The notes under the pieces were generated by a model. The model saw nothing but the letters and a program-made list of their open reading frames with translations, was not told where the DNA came from and made no database searches. From the NCBI GenBank assembly GCA_028693965.1, contig JAQUUG010000001.1:1-45726 (forward strand): a stretch of DNA of 45,726 nucleotides. The letters run 5' to 3'. How positions within the stretch are numbered: the stretch's first letter is position 1; every line of letters begins with the position of its first letter. A program made the translations under genes and the position numbers. The stretch is from Bacilli bacterium (GTDB lineage Bacteria; Bacillota_I; Bacilli_A; RF39; UBA660). Below are positions 17,482-27,490 of the stretch, piece by piece.

Positions 17482-19029
17482 ATGAAAACAAAAAAAAAGA
17501 AAAGTAATCTTTCTTTAGATCCTATTGCCTTCATAATGGTGATGACATTTATTATTATAATGATAAGTTTATTTCTATCACTTGTTAACTTTGATGCTGA
17601 AAAAACAAGTATTGTTAGTAATAGTTTGGAGACTTCTGTTATAACAGTGAATAATATTTTAACTAAAGATGGTATTAAATTTATCTTTAGCTCAGTCATT
17701 ACTAATTTAAGTCAGTTGGAGCCATTCTTTATGATTATGTTGTCAATCATAAGTATTAGTATGTTAGACAAAAGTGGCTTTATAGGTTTAATTATAAAAC
17801 CATTCAAAAAATTAAATAATCGTAAAATTACTTTTATAACTATTTTATTATCACTTTTATCATTATGCTTAGGGGATTATAGTTATGTAATTATGTTACC
17901 ACTTATAGTACCTATCTATAAAGGTTTAAATAAGAATCCACTTTTGGGTTTAATAACGGTGTTTCTAGCCATTACAATTGGACAAGGAGCCGGCTTTATT
18001 TACAATTATACAGATTATTCTTTAGGCCTAATAACAGAAGAAGCGGCTATTATTGATGTTGATGCTACTTATCATTTTAATTTGATTTCTACATCAATTA
18101 TTAGAGTGGTATCTAGTATTACTATTTGTTTCTTACTAACCTACTTTATAGAAAAATATTTAATAAAACAGATTCCTAAATATAAAAAAGAGGAAGTAGC
18201 AGATCAAGATGAACAAATAGAAAATGAACAAGAAACTTTTAAACAAAAATTTTTAAATATAAACTATTTATTAGCTATAATAGTGATGCTATTAATAGTA
18301 GGGTATTTAATTATTCCAGGACTTCCGCTATCAGGTTTATTACTTGGAGACGGAAAGTACTATGTAACAAAACTTTTTGCAAGTGATGCCGCTTTTGCGC
18401 AAGGTTTTATATATGTTATACTAATTATCTCTTTAGTAGTTAGTTATGTATATGGAAAAACAAATGATATATTTAAAAATGTAAGTGATTTTTTTAGTTA
18501 TTTGGGAAGTGGTATTAGTAAATATGGATATCTTTTAGTTCTGTTATTTTTCTTTTCACAATTAGTTAGCATCGTTAGCTGGACTAATATTGATGAAGTA
18601 ATAGTTTCAAAATTGATATCATTATTAAGCTTAGTGGAGTTTTCAGGAATATTATTAATTATTGTTTTATTTGTTTTAACGGTAATTATGACGTTGATTA
18701 TGCCATCAACTATTACGAAATGGAGTTTAATGGCTCCTTTGATTGTACCACTATTTATGAGAGCTAACATTACTCCTGATTTTACTCAATTTATATATAG
18801 AGTAGCAGATGGGGTAGGACATATATTAACGCCTTTATTTATCTATTACATGATTTTAATAGGAATGATGGACGTTAATAATAATAGTGAATCAGGCATT
18901 AGTGTTTTTGGGACACTTAAAATAATGCTTCGTGTAATTATGCTAATGATAGCAATATGGCTAATAATAATTACTATGTGGTATATTATTGGACTACCAA
19001 TTGGATTTGGTATTTATCCGGTTTTGTAA
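17482..19029 (+). CDS. AbgT-family transporter (p-aminobenzoyl-glutamate transporter family)
   Basis: Polytopic and 515 aa. The N-terminal region LDPIAF...VNNILTKDGIKFIFSSVITNLSQLEPFFMIMLSI...LDKSGFIGLI matches my recollection of the AbgT pattern. Confidence 0.6.
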   Translation: MKTKKKKSNLSLDPIAFIMVMTFIIIMISLFLSLVNFDAEKTSIVSNSLETSVITVNNILTKDGIKFIFSSVITNLSQLEPFFMIMLSIISISMLDKSGFIGLIIKPFKKLNNRKITFITILLSLLSLCLGDYSYVIMLPLIVPIYKGLNKNPLLGLITVFLAITIGQGAGFIYNYTDYSLGLITEEAAIIDVDATYHFNLISTSIIRVVSSITICFLLTYFIEKYLIKQIPKYKKEEVADQDEQIENEQETFKQKFLNINYLLAIIVMLLIVGYLIIPGLPLSGLLLGDGKYYVTKLFASDAAFAQGFIYVILIISLVVSYVYGKTNDIFKNVSDFFSYLGSGISKYGYLLVLLFFFSQLVSIVSWTNIDEVIVSKLISLLSLVEFSGILLIIVLFVLTVIMTLIMPSTITKWSLMAPLIVPLFMRANITPDFTQFIYRVADGVGHILTPLFIYYMILIGMMDVNNNSESGISVFGTLKIMLRVIMLMIAIWLIIITMWYIIGLPIGFGIYPVL

Positions 19030-19053
19030 AGGCATAAATTTGTGCCTTTTTTT
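19029..19053 (+). terminator. intrinsic terminator after the AbgT-family gene
   Basis: aaggca (19029-19034) pairs with tgcctt (19043-19048), followed by a T-run to 19053. Confidence 0.55.
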
Positions 19054-19094
19054 CAAATAATATGATATACTATTAGATATGGAAGAGGTGTATT

Positions 19095-20192
19095 ATGGGA
19101 TTAACAGCTGGAATTGTTGGACTTCCAAATGTTGGGAAGTCAACTTTATTTAATGCTATTACTAAAAATAATATTTTGGCAGCAAATTATCCTTTTGCGA
19201 CAATCGAGCCTAATGTTGGCGTTGTTTGCGTGCCAGATGAAAGAGTTAAAAAATTAGAAGAAATGTATGAACCAAATAAAACAATCTCCGCTACTTTTGA
19301 ATTTACTGATATAGCAGGACTAGTAAAAGGAGCATCTAACGGTGAAGGACTTGGGAATAAGTTTTTATCACACATTAGAGAAGTTGATGCTATATGTGAG
19401 GTTGTGAGATGTTTTGACGATAAAAATATTATTCATGTTGAAGGAAATGTTGATCCAATTAGGGATATAGAAATTGTTGACATTGAATTAATGATAGCAG
19501 ATTTAGAAGTTATTAATGCTCGTTTAGGCCGTTTAGGTAAAAAAGCTAAATTAGCTAAAGATAAAGAAACAATAATAGAATTAGAACTATTAGAAAGAAT
19601 TAAAGCTTCTTTAGAAAGAAATATACCAGTTAGAAAACTAGAAATGACTGATGAAGAAGAAAAAATAATCAAAAGTTTTTGTTTACTTAGTTATAAACCA
19701 ATTATATATGTTGCTAACGTAGATGAAGAGACTTTGTTATCAAAAAACGATTATGTTAAAAAAGTTGAAGAATATGCTCTAAAAGAAGAAGCTAAAGTTG
19801 TTGTTTTATGTGCAAAAATAGAATCGGAATTAGTAGATTTAGATGAAGAAGAAAAAATGATGTTTTTAGATGATTTAGGCATAAAAGAAAGTGGACTTGA
19901 TAAGTTAACTAGAGAAGCTTACTCACTACTTGGATTGGCAACATATTTTACTGTTGGTAAAGATGAAGTTAAAGCTTGGACTTTTAAAAAAGGAATGAAC
20001 GCGAAATCATGTGCTGGAATAATTCATACTGATTTTGAAAAAGGTTTTATACGAGCAGAAGTTATGAGTTATAAAGATTTAAAAGAATGTGGAAATGAAA
20101 AAAAAGTTCAAGAAGCAGGTAAGATGCGTCTAGAGGGTAAAGAATATATTATGCAAGATGGAGACATTTGTCACTTTCGTTTTAATGTTTAA
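19095..20192 (+). CDS. ychF: ribosome-binding ATPase YchF
   Basis: GIVGLPNVGKSTLFNA G1 motif, 365 aa, and a C-terminal TGS-like domain. Confidence 0.95.
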   Translation: MGLTAGIVGLPNVGKSTLFNAITKNNILAANYPFATIEPNVGVVCVPDERVKKLEEMYEPNKTISATFEFTDIAGLVKGASNGEGLGNKFLSHIREVDAICEVVRCFDDKNIIHVEGNVDPIRDIEIVDIELMIADLEVINARLGRLGKKAKLAKDKETIIELELLERIKASLERNIPVRKLEMTDEEEKIIKSFCLLSYKPIIYVANVDEETLLSKNDYVKKVEEYALKEEAKVVVLCAKIESELVDLDEEEKMMFLDDLGIKESGLDKLTREAYSLLGLATYFTVGKDEVKAWTFKKGMNAKSCAGIIHTDFEKGFIRAEVMSYKDLKECGNEKKVQEAGKMRLEGKEYIMQDGDICHFRFNV

Positions 20193-20193
20193 A

Positions 20194-20946
20194 ATGAAGA
20201 ATTTTTTATTAGGTTTAAATAATAATTATCCGTTTGTATTTTATAATCTAACTCACTATATATGGATTATAATACCTATTATAGGATTATATTTAATGCA
20301 TCAAAATAGAGATAAATTGTATAATATTAATTTTAAAACAAAAAGGAGAATAGTTTTATCTATAATTTCAATAATGTTTTTAAATATGACTATTTATTAT
20401 TTACCAAAAATAGTTTATGGTGTTTATGACTGGAAAATAGATTTACCGTTTCACTTTTGTTTTATTGCCAATTATTTATTTATGTATGCTGTTTTATTTA
20501 AGAATAATAATTTATACAAAATAATTTATTTTCTAGTGTTTATGGGAACAATACCGACGATGCTTTTTCCAGATTTGTTAGAATCGTTTGATTCTTTTAT
20601 TTTTTATCATTCATTTTTTAGTCATCATTTCTTTTTATTAGGGGTGATATTTGTATATTACGCATATGATATTAATATTACGTTTGATGATATGACAAAA
20701 GCTTTTAAATTTGCAAATGCAATTTTTATTATTATGTTTGTTTTTAATAATTTATTTGGGACTAATTATATTATGCAAAAGGAACTACCAACACATATTT
20801 TAGAATTAATGCCTTTTTTATATGAAATTAATTATCCTATAATTATCTTAGAAGCCACTGGTATTATTACTCTTTTTATTGCATATATTCCAATATATTT
20901 TAATAATAGAGCAAAGACAAATGTAATTAAAGAAACCTCATGTTAA
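20194..20946 (+). CDS. polytopic membrane protein, YwaF/TIGR02206-like
   Basis: Multiple TM segments with an LPFHFCFIANY motif. Start taken at ATG 20194 (MKNFLLG), just after the ychF stop. Confidence 0.55.
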   Translation: MKNFLLGLNNNYPFVFYNLTHYIWIIIPIIGLYLMHQNRDKLYNINFKTKRRIVLSIISIMFLNMTIYYLPKIVYGVYDWKIDLPFHFCFIANYLFMYAVLFKNNNLYKIIYFLVFMGTIPTMLFPDLLESFDSFIFYHSFFSHHFFLLGVIFVYYAYDINITFDDMTKAFKFANAIFIIMFVFNNLFGTNYIMQKELPTHILELMPFLYEINYPIIILEATGIITLFIAYIPIYFNNRAKTNVIKETSC

Positions 20947-20996
20947 TTGTATAAACGTATTAAATATCTAAATATATAAAACAATTAAGCAAACCC

Positions 20997-21025
20997 TTTA
21001 CAAACAATTGATAATTTGTTATAAT
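20997..21025 (+). promoter_or_regulatory. promoter of the rpsF-ssb-rpsR operon
   Basis: TTTACA at 20997-21002, 17-nt spacer, extended -10 TGtTATAAT at 21017-21025. Confidence 0.6.
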
Positions 21026-21031
21026 GTGCTT

Positions 21032-21088
21032 GCGAGTATTAATTTACTCCTTGCTTTTTTAAGCCAAAGACCATAAGGAGGTGGAATA
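21032..21088 (+). promoter_or_regulatory. rpsF 5' leader (possible S6:S18 autoregulatory leader)
   Basis: Short structured leader gcttgcgagtattaatttactccttgc between the promoter and a strong RBS. S6:S18-binding leaders are described upstream of rpsF in many bacteria. Homology was not verified here. Confidence 0.35.
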
Positions 21089-21379
21089 ATGAAAAAATAT
21101 GAAATCATGTTTATTATTAGACCAACGTTAGGAGAAAATGAAACTAGGGAAGTTATTAAAAACTTTGGTGATGTTTTAACTAATAATGGCGCTAAAATAA
21201 TTGAATCAAAAGAATATGGACAAAGAGAATTAGCTTATGAAATCAAAAAATTCAAAAGCGGTTTCTATCACTTATTTTTAATTGAAGCAGACAATGATGC
21301 AGCTATTAAAGAATTTGATCGTCTATCACTTATTAGTAATGACATAATTCGTCACTTAATTACTAAAATTGAAAAATAA
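21089..21379 (+). CDS. rpsF: 30S ribosomal protein bS6
   Basis: MKKYEIMFIIRP... is a typical S6 sequence. The rpsF-ssb-rpsR order is conserved. Confidence 0.97.
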   Translation: MKKYEIMFIIRPTLGENETREVIKNFGDVLTNNGAKIIESKEYGQRELAYEIKKFKSGFYHLFLIEADNDAAIKEFDRLSLISNDIIRHLITKIEK

Positions 21380-21395
21380 GAAATGGGGTATTATT

Positions 21396-21863
21396 GTGAA
21401 TAGAGTTGAATTAGTTGGAAGAATAACTAACAAACCAGAATTACGTTACACGTCATCACAATTACCTTTTACTAGATTCACAGTAGCAGTTAATCGCACC
21501 TTTAGTAATGCACAAGGACAAAGAGAAGCTGATTTTATTTCAATCATTGCTTGGCGAAAACAAGCTGAGAATGTTTGTAAGTATTTAGATAAAGGTAGTT
21601 TAGTATCAATTGAAGGAAGAATTCAAACCGGTAGTTATGATGATAAAGATGGAAATAAAAGATATACCACAGAAGTGCTTGCTGATTCAGTTCAATTTTT
21701 AGAATCTAAATCACAATCACAAGGAAGAAGTCAAAATAGTAATTTTAATAATGCTAGCCCATATGATTATCAAGATGCGGGAACTAACAATGTAGATGTT
21801 AGTTCTAATCCTTTTGATGATTTTGGAGATAACATTACTTTAGATGATACTACTTTAGATTAA
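21396..21863 (+). CDS. ssb: single-stranded DNA-binding protein
   Basis: NRVELVGRITNKPELRYT OB-fold N-terminus, and an acidic C-terminal tip ending DDTTLD. GTG start at 21396 after a gggg RBS. The track start overlaps the rpsF end. Confidence 0.93.
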   Translation: MNRVELVGRITNKPELRYTSSQLPFTRFTVAVNRTFSNAQGQREADFISIIAWRKQAENVCKYLDKGSLVSIEGRIQTGSYDDKDGNKRYTTEVLADSVQFLESKSQSQGRSQNSNFNNASPYDYQDAGTNNVDVSSNPFDDFGDNITLDDTTLD

Positions 21864-21876
21864 GAGGAGGATAAAC

Positions 21877-22095
21877 ATGGCAGAATATTACAAAAAGAAG
21901 AAGAAAATTTGTCAAATGTGTGCGGGAAAACCTGTTGATTATAAAAACGTTGAAATTATAAAAAAATATGTTAGCGCAGATAAAGGTAAAATTTTACCTA
22001 GAAGAGTAACAGGTGCTTGTTCTGAACATCAAAGACATATTGCAAATGAAATAAAAAAAGCTAGATTTATGGCTTTAATACCATTTGTTAAATAA
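21877..22095 (+). CDS. rpsR: 30S ribosomal protein bS18
   Basis: Typical S18 sequence (DYKNVEIIKKYV...RRVTGACSEHQRHIANEIKKARFMALIPF). Confidence 0.97.
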   Translation: MAEYYKKKKKICQMCAGKPVDYKNVEIIKKYVSADKGKILPRRVTGACSEHQRHIANEIKKARFMALIPFVK

Positions 22096-22123
22096 AAGCA
22101 CACTTAAAAGTGTGCTTTTTTTA
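22095..22123 (+). terminator. intrinsic terminator of rpsF-ssb-rpsR
   Basis: agcacac (22097-22103) pairs with gtgtgct (22110-22116), loop ttaaaa, followed by a T-run. Confidence 0.7.
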
Positions 22124-22151
22124 TATATTTTATAAAGAAAGTGAGCCGACA

Positions 22152-23402
22152 ATGATAGAAAAGATATCTGAAGAAGAATTTAATTTATATTCTCAAAATC
22201 ATGATTTAAGTACTTTTTTTCAAACAAGCTATTGGGGTGAACTAAAAAGTATGACGGGATGGGTTAGCCACCTAGTAGCATTAAAAGAACATGGCAAAAT
22301 AGTAGGCGCTAGTTTATTGCTTGCTAAAAAGATTCCTGTTTTTAATAAATATATATATTATGCTCCACGAGGTTTTTTAGCAGATTATAATAATGAAACA
22401 ATATTAAGTAATTTTGTCAAAGAAATTAAAAAATATGTTAAAAATAGTAATGGAATTTTATTAAAAATAAACCCATATGTTATGTATCAAGAAAGAGATA
22501 TTAATGGTAATATCGTTGAGGATGGTATTAATAATAAAAAAGTAGTGGAAAGATTAGCACAATTAGGATTTTTACATAATGGTTTCACTATTACATATGG
22601 CAAAGATTTAGAACCAAGATGGGTTTCTGTTTTAAATTTAAAAGATGAAACAGAAATAAGTTTGCTTCAAAAAATGCGTCCAACGACAAGGAATGATATT
22701 AAAAATTCATATAAATGCGGTTTAAAATTAGTTGAAATAGGTAAAGATAGAATTAAAGATTTTGAAGATTTAATGGTCCATACTAGTGCGAGAAGAAATT
22801 TTACTAATAGATCTATAGAATATTATCAGAAAATGTATGATATTTTTAATAAAGATGATAATATCAAAATATGCTTGGTGGAGATGGAAGTGCCAATATA
22901 TTTAGAAAAATTAAAAGATCAGAAACAAGATATACTAGATAAAATGTCTAATTCAATAGGTAAAAACAGAATCATGAAAGAATTAAAAAATCAATTAATG
23001 AGTGTGGAAACTAAGATAAAAAACACTGAAACACTTAGAAATGAAAAAGGTAATAAAATAGTTGTAGCAGGTGGATTATTTATGACTTTTGGACATCAGG
23101 TATTATCTTTATATGGTGCTTCATATAGAGAATATATGAAATACAATGGACAGTATTTTTTGAACTTTGAAATGATAAAATATTCATTAAATAAGGGCTG
23201 CGATACTTTTAATTTTTATGGGATTACTGGTGAGTTTCATGAAGATTCACCTATGTTTGGTTTATTTGATTTTAAAAGAGGTTTCAATTCTAATGTTGTG
23301 GAATTAATTGGGGAGTTTGATTTAATTATTAACGATTTTTATTATAAATTATATAAAATCATGTTAAAAGGATACGTTATTTTAAAGAAAATAAAAAAAT
23401 AA
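22152..23402 (+). CDS. FemAB-family peptidoglycan interpeptide-bridge aminoacyltransferase
   Basis: FFQTSYWGELK N-terminal motif, a central coiled-coil insert and an approximately 416-aa length typical of FemX/FemA/MurM. Start taken at ATG 22152, because the track start lies inside the rpsR terminator. Confidence 0.8.
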   Translation: MIEKISEEEFNLYSQNHDLSTFFQTSYWGELKSMTGWVSHLVALKEHGKIVGASLLLAKKIPVFNKYIYYAPRGFLADYNNETILSNFVKEIKKYVKNSNGILLKINPYVMYQERDINGNIVEDGINNKKVVERLAQLGFLHNGFTITYGKDLEPRWVSVLNLKDETEISLLQKMRPTTRNDIKNSYKCGLKLVEIGKDRIKDFEDLMVHTSARRNFTNRSIEYYQKMYDIFNKDDNIKICLVEMEVPIYLEKLKDQKQDILDKMSNSIGKNRIMKELKNQLMSVETKIKNTETLRNEKGNKIVVAGGLFMTFGHQVLSLYGASYREYMKYNGQYFLNFEMIKYSLNKGCDTFNFYGITGEFHEDSPMFGLFDFKRGFNSNVVELIGEFDLIINDFYYKLYKIMLKGYVILKKIKK

Positions 23403-23411
23403 TTACTAATG

Positions 23412-23566
23412 TGTGGCGTTAATAGCGCCATTTTTGTTTGTTTTAAAATATATGTGGTATGATAAAAATAATTAAAATCACCATTTTGAGATTATCTAAA
23501 AGCAAGAACAAAGAGAAACAAAAGAACATAACGAAACCTGCTAGGGCTTTAGGTTTAACAGGTTTT
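23412..23566 (+). repeat. intergenic composite repeat, copy 1 (internally deleted relative to copy 2)
   Basis: Segment A (23412-23465, hairpin tggcg/cgcca + ttttaaaatatatgtggtatgataa) matches 38864-38914. Segment B (23498-23566, aaagcaagaacaaagagaaac...gaaacctgctagggctttagg...caggttt) matches 39127-39210. Confidence 0.75.
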
Positions 23567-23808
23567 GCTCGTTTTTTTAAAAAACAACTTTTTTAGAATT
23601 TAAAATTAATTATAATAAAATATATTCAAATAATAAAAACAAAAGAAAGCAAATAAAGTTATTAAACAAAAATTAAGTAGAGGTCAAATAAAGAGTTATT
23701 TGTCGCTATTAAAAAATATCAATAATAACAAACAGAAAAATAAGATACGCGAAAAAATGTTTTTAGCATAACGATTATCACTTTTTTCAAAAAAAGTACT
23801 AAAAACAC

Positions 23809-23837
23809 TTGCATTTCATATAATAGTCATGTATAAT
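23809..23837 (+). promoter_or_regulatory. promoter of the S10 ribosomal protein operon
   Basis: TTGCAT at 23809-23814, 17-nt spacer, TATAAT at 23832-23837. Confidence 0.65.
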
Positions 23838-23843
23838 TTTGAA

Positions 23844-23972
23844 TGTGTGGCATGCATTGATGTGCAAGGTTGCCGATACTCCAGGTTAAGTTGTTAAACA
23901 AAATAATGGATAATCGGGTGTTTGCGCGGAGCAAGTCTATACTGAAGATATAGGCGAAGGGAGGATTAGAAA
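23844..23972 (+). promoter_or_regulatory. long, comparatively GC-rich 5' UTR of rpsJ (possible ribosomal-protein leader)
   Basis: About 130 nt lie between the predicted -10 and the rpsJ ATG. Local hairpins are possible (ggca-tgca...tgca-...tgcc; ttgc...gcaa). Composition contrasts with the A/T-only spacer upstream. Confidence 0.35.
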
Positions 23973-24281
23973 ATGTCAAAGACAAAAGTTCGCATCAAAT
24001 TAAAGGCTTTTGAACATAAAAGTTTAGATACTGCGTGTGCAAAAATCATTGAAACAGTTAAAAGAACTGGAGGAGAAGTAAGTGGTCCAGTACCATTACC
24101 AACCGAAATCGAAAAAATAACTATTTTGAGAGCTGTTCACAAATACAAAGATTCACGTGAACAATTTGAAAAAAGAACCCACAAAAGACTTATTGACGTT
24201 ATTAATCCAAGCAAGGAAACAATTGAGGCATTAACACGCCTTGAAGTTCCAAGCGGAGTTAATATTCAAATTAAATTATAA
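23973..24281 (+). CDS. rpsJ: 30S ribosomal protein uS10
   Basis: Unambiguous S10 sequence. First gene of the S10 operon. Confidence 0.98.
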   Translation: MSKTKVRIKLKAFEHKSLDTACAKIIETVKRTGGEVSGPVPLPTEIEKITILRAVHKYKDSREQFEKRTHKRLIDVINPSKETIEALTRLEVPSGVNIQIKL

Positions 24282-24292
24282 TAGGAGGAAAT

Positions 24293-25057
24293 ATGAAAAA
24301 AGGAATCTTAGGTCGTAAAATTGGAATGACTCAAGTATTCACTGAAGAAGGTAAATTAATTCCTGTAACTGTTGTTGAAGTAACACCTAATGTTATTACA
24401 CAAATTAAATCAGTTGCAACTGATGGTTACGATGCTATTCAACTTGGCTTTAGTGATAAAAGAGAAAAATTAGCGACAAAAGCTTCAATTGGGCATACCA
24501 ATAAAGCAAACACTACACCTAAGCGCTTCTTTAAAGAAATAAGCGGTGTAGATATTACAAATTATTCTTTAGGACAAGAAATTAAGGCAGATATTTTTTC
24601 TGTAGGAGAAATGGTTGACGTCACTGGAACAAGTAAAGGAAAAGGGTTCCAAGGTGTTATTAAACGTCATAATCAATCAAGAGGACCTATGGGGCATGGT
24701 TCACATTATCACAGAAGACCAGGCTCAATGGGAACAATGAGACCAATGCGTGTATTTAAAGGTAAAAACTTACCAGGTCATATGGGAGTTGAAACAGTTA
24801 CTATTCAAAATCTTGAAATAGTAATGGTTGATGCTTTAAATAATGTAGTTTTAGTTAAAGGAAATATTCCTGGACCTAAAAAATCATTAGTGATTATTAA
24901 AACAGCTGTTAAAAATCCAGATAAAGTTAATGAAACTGTTGACTTAGTTAAATATAGCGTTTCTCCAATTGAAGAAAATACTGATCTTGAAAGTGTTTCT
25001 AATACAGAAACAGAAGAAGTAGCTAACGCAGAAGTTAGTGAAACTGCAGAAAATTAG
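24293..25057 (+). CDS. rplC: 50S ribosomal protein uL3 with an acidic C-terminal extension
   Basis: Typical L3 core ([13 protein letters not shown]...). There are about 45 extra acidic C-terminal residues. Confidence 0.97.
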   Translation: MKKGILGRKIGMTQVFTEEGKLIPVTVVEVTPNVITQIKSVATDGYDAIQLGFSDKREKLATKASIGHTNKANTTPKRFFKEISGVDITNYSLGQEIKADIFSVGEMVDVTGTSKGKGFQGVIKRHNQSRGPMGHGSHYHRRPGSMGTMRPMRVFKGKNLPGHMGVETVTIQNLEIVMVDALNNVVLVKGNIPGPKKSLVIIKTAVKNPDKVNETVDLVKYSVSPIEENTDLESVSNTETEEVANAEVSETAEN

Positions 25058-25069
25058 TAGGAGGCACAT

Positions 25070-25696
25070 ATGGGGAAAATAAATGTATTAAATACAAAGG
25101 GAGAAAAAGTCAAAGATTTTACTTTAAATGCTGAAGTTTGGGGAATAGAACCAAACGATACTGTTTTATATGATGCTATTACATTAGCAAGAAACTCACA
25201 AAGACAAGGAACACACGCAACAAAAACTCGTGATGAGGTAAGCGGTGGCGGAAGAAAGCCATGGCGTCAAAAAGGTACAGGTCGTGCACGTCAAGGTAGT
25301 ATTAGAGCACCACATTGGTATCATGGTGGTGTAGTATTTGGTCCACAACCAAGAAGTCATTCTAAAAAAATGAATCGTAAAGAAAGAAGATTAGCTCTTA
25401 AGTCAGCTTTAGCTTACAAAGCCGTAAATAATGAGTTGATTATTATTGAAAATTTCAAAATGGAAACAAGCAAAACTAAAGATGCTATTAAATTATTAGC
25501 TGATTTAGGAATTAATGGTGAAAAAGTAATAGTTGTTGTTAAAGAATTAGATGATAATACTATCTTAGCAACTCGTAACTTAGCTAATATTATTTTACTA
25601 GAAGCTAGTGAAATTAATACTTTAGATATAGTTAATGCAGATAAAATGATTGTTACTGAAGAAGCTATTAAAGCTATTGAGGAGGTGCTTGTCTAA
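25070..25696 (+). CDS. rplD: 50S ribosomal protein uL4
   Basis: Typical L4 sequence ([19 protein letters not shown]). Confidence 0.98.
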   Translation: MGKINVLNTKGEKVKDFTLNAEVWGIEPNDTVLYDAITLARNSQRQGTHATKTRDEVSGGGRKPWRQKGTGRARQGSIRAPHWYHGGVVFGPQPRSHSKKMNRKERRLALKSALAYKAVNNELIIIENFKMETSKTKDAIKLLADLGINGEKVIVVVKELDDNTILATRNLANIILLEASEINTLDIVNADKMIVTEEAIKAIEEVLV

Positions 25697-25980
25697 TGAT
25701 AGGTAATTATAGAGATATTATTAAAGCGCCAATCATAACTGAAAAAAGTGCTGCTTTAGCGCAAACTAAAAACACTATAACTTTTAGTGTTGATGTTAGA
25801 GCTAATAAAACACAAATCAAACAAGCTATCGAAAAAATATTCAATGTTGAAGTTGAAAGTGTAAACACTATTAACGTAAAACCAAGAAGAAAAAGAGTTG
25901 GACGTTATATAGGAAAAACCAATAAAGTAAAAAAAGCAATTGTTAAATTAAAAGAAGGAAGTTCAATAGAACTTAATTAA
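25696..25980 (+). CDS. rplW: 50S ribosomal protein uL23
   Basis: Typical L23 sequence and operon order. Confidence 0.97.
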   Translation: MIGNYRDIIKAPIITEKSAALAQTKNTITFSVDVRANKTQIKQAIEKIFNVEVESVNTINVKPRRKRVGRYIGKTNKVKKAIVKLKEGSSIELN

Positions 25981-25997
25981 TCTAAAGGAGGATAAGT

Positions 25998-26828
25998 ATG
26001 GCAATTAAAACATATAGGCCAATGACTAATGGAACACGTGGCATGTCTAAATTAGTGAATACAGAAATTACTAAAAAAGATCCAGAAAAATCATTAGTTG
26101 TGACCATAAAGAAAACCGGTGGACGTAATAATCAAGGGCGTATCACTATAAGACATCATGGCGGCGGTGCAAAAAGAAAATATCGCATTATTGATTTTAA
26201 AAGAGATAAAGATGGTATTATCGGGACTGTTGCTTCAATAGAATACGATCCTAATAGAACAGCTAACATTGCTTTGATTAATTATGCTGATGGTGAAAAA
26301 AGATATATTATCGCCCCTAAAAACTTAAAAGTTGGGGATAAAGTAGAAAGTGGAGCAAAAGCTGATATTAAAATTGGTAATGCTCTTCCACTTGCTAATA
26401 TTCCAGAAGGTACAGTTGTACATAATGTTGAATTAAAACCAGGTAAAGGAGCAGCTATGGCTCGCTCAGCTGGGGCTTCAATCCAAGTTTTAGGAAGTGA
26501 AGGAAAATATACATTGCTTCGTTTAAGTAGTGGTGAAGTTCGTAAAGTATTAAGCGAATGTATAGCTACAATAGGTGAAGTAGGAAATGCCGATCATGAA
26601 TTAGTAAGTTATGGTAAAGCTGGTCGCAAGAGACATATGGGAATAAAACCAACTGTTCGTGGATCAGCAATGAACCCTAATGATCACCCACATGGTGGTG
26701 GTGAAGGACGTGCTCCAATTGGACGTAAAGGTCCTGTTACGCCTTGGGGTAAACCAGCGTTAGGATACAAAACACGCGACACCAAGAAAGCTTCAAACAA
26801 GTTAATTGTACGTCGTCGTAAAAAATAG
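25998..26828 (+). CDS. rplB: 50S ribosomal protein uL2
   Basis: Typical L2 sequence ([18 protein letters not shown]). Confidence 0.98.
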   Translation: MAIKTYRPMTNGTRGMSKLVNTEITKKDPEKSLVVTIKKTGGRNNQGRITIRHHGGGAKRKYRIIDFKRDKDGIIGTVASIEYDPNRTANIALINYADGEKRYIIAPKNLKVGDKVESGAKADIKIGNALPLANIPEGTVVHNVELKPGKGAAMARSAGASIQVLGSEGKYTLLRLSSGEVRKVLSECIATIGEVGNADHELVSYGKAGRKRHMGIKPTVRGSAMNPNDHPHGGGEGRAPIGRKGPVTPWGKPALGYKTRDTKKASNKLIVRRRKK

Positions 26829-26844
26829 GGAAAGGATGGTTTAA

Positions 26845-27114
26845 ATGGCTAGAAGTTTAAAAAAAGGTCCTTTTGTTGACGATAGTTTAATGTCTAAAGT
26901 TAAAAAGGTGGCCGAAAATGGAAAAAAAGAAGTAATAAAAACATGGTCTCGCCGTTCAACAATTTATCCTATATTTGTAGGGCATACTTTCGCAGTACAT
27001 AATGGGAAAGAATTTATACCAGTATATGTAACTGAAGATATGGTAGGTCATAAATTAGGTGAATTCGCACCTACACGTAAAAGTGGCGGACATGGCGAAA
27101 ATAAAGGTAAATAA
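26845..27114 (+). CDS. rpsS: 30S ribosomal protein uS19
   Basis: [12 protein letters not shown]... is a typical S19 sequence. Confidence 0.98.
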   Translation: MARSLKKGPFVDDSLMSKVKKVAENGKKEVIKTWSRRSTIYPIFVGHTFAVHNGKEFIPVYVTEDMVGHKLGEFAPTRKSGGHGENKGK

Positions 27115-27137
27115 TTAAGCCAGGAAGGAGGACTAAA

Positions 27138-27473
27138 ATGGAAGCAAAAGCGATTGCCAAAGGTCTTAGGATCGCACCTCGTAAAGCTCGTTTAGTTATA
27201 GATTTAGTACGTGGTAAAAACGTAATTGAAGCAGATAAAATTTTAAATAATATAAATAAAGAAGCTGCTAGATTAATACATAAAGTGTTAACTTCTGCAG
27301 TAGCTAATGCTGAAAATAATTTGGGTTTAGATAAAAACAACCTATACATTAAAGAAGCTTTAGTTAATGAAGGACAAACAATGAAGAGAATGAAATTTGG
27401 GTCTCGTGGTCATGTTGATCCAATTAAAAAAAGAACAAGTCATATTACAATTGTTGTAAGTGACAGAAATTAA
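27138..27473 (+). CDS. rplV: 50S ribosomal protein uL22
   Basis: Typical L22 sequence ([17 protein letters not shown]). Confidence 0.98.
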   Translation: MEAKAIAKGLRIAPRKARLVIDLVRGKNVIEADKILNNINKEAARLIHKVLTSAVANAENNLGLDKNNLYIKEALVNEGQTMKRMKFGSRGHVDPIKKRTSHITIVVSDRN

Positions 27474-27490
27474 GCAAAGGAGGTAAACTG

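Noticed and set aside
22110-22151. The track's upstream start for the femAB-family gene (MCFFYIFYKESEPT...).
   Set aside because: That ATG lies within the rpsR terminator hairpin and T-run. The ATG at 22152 gives a typical family N-terminus.
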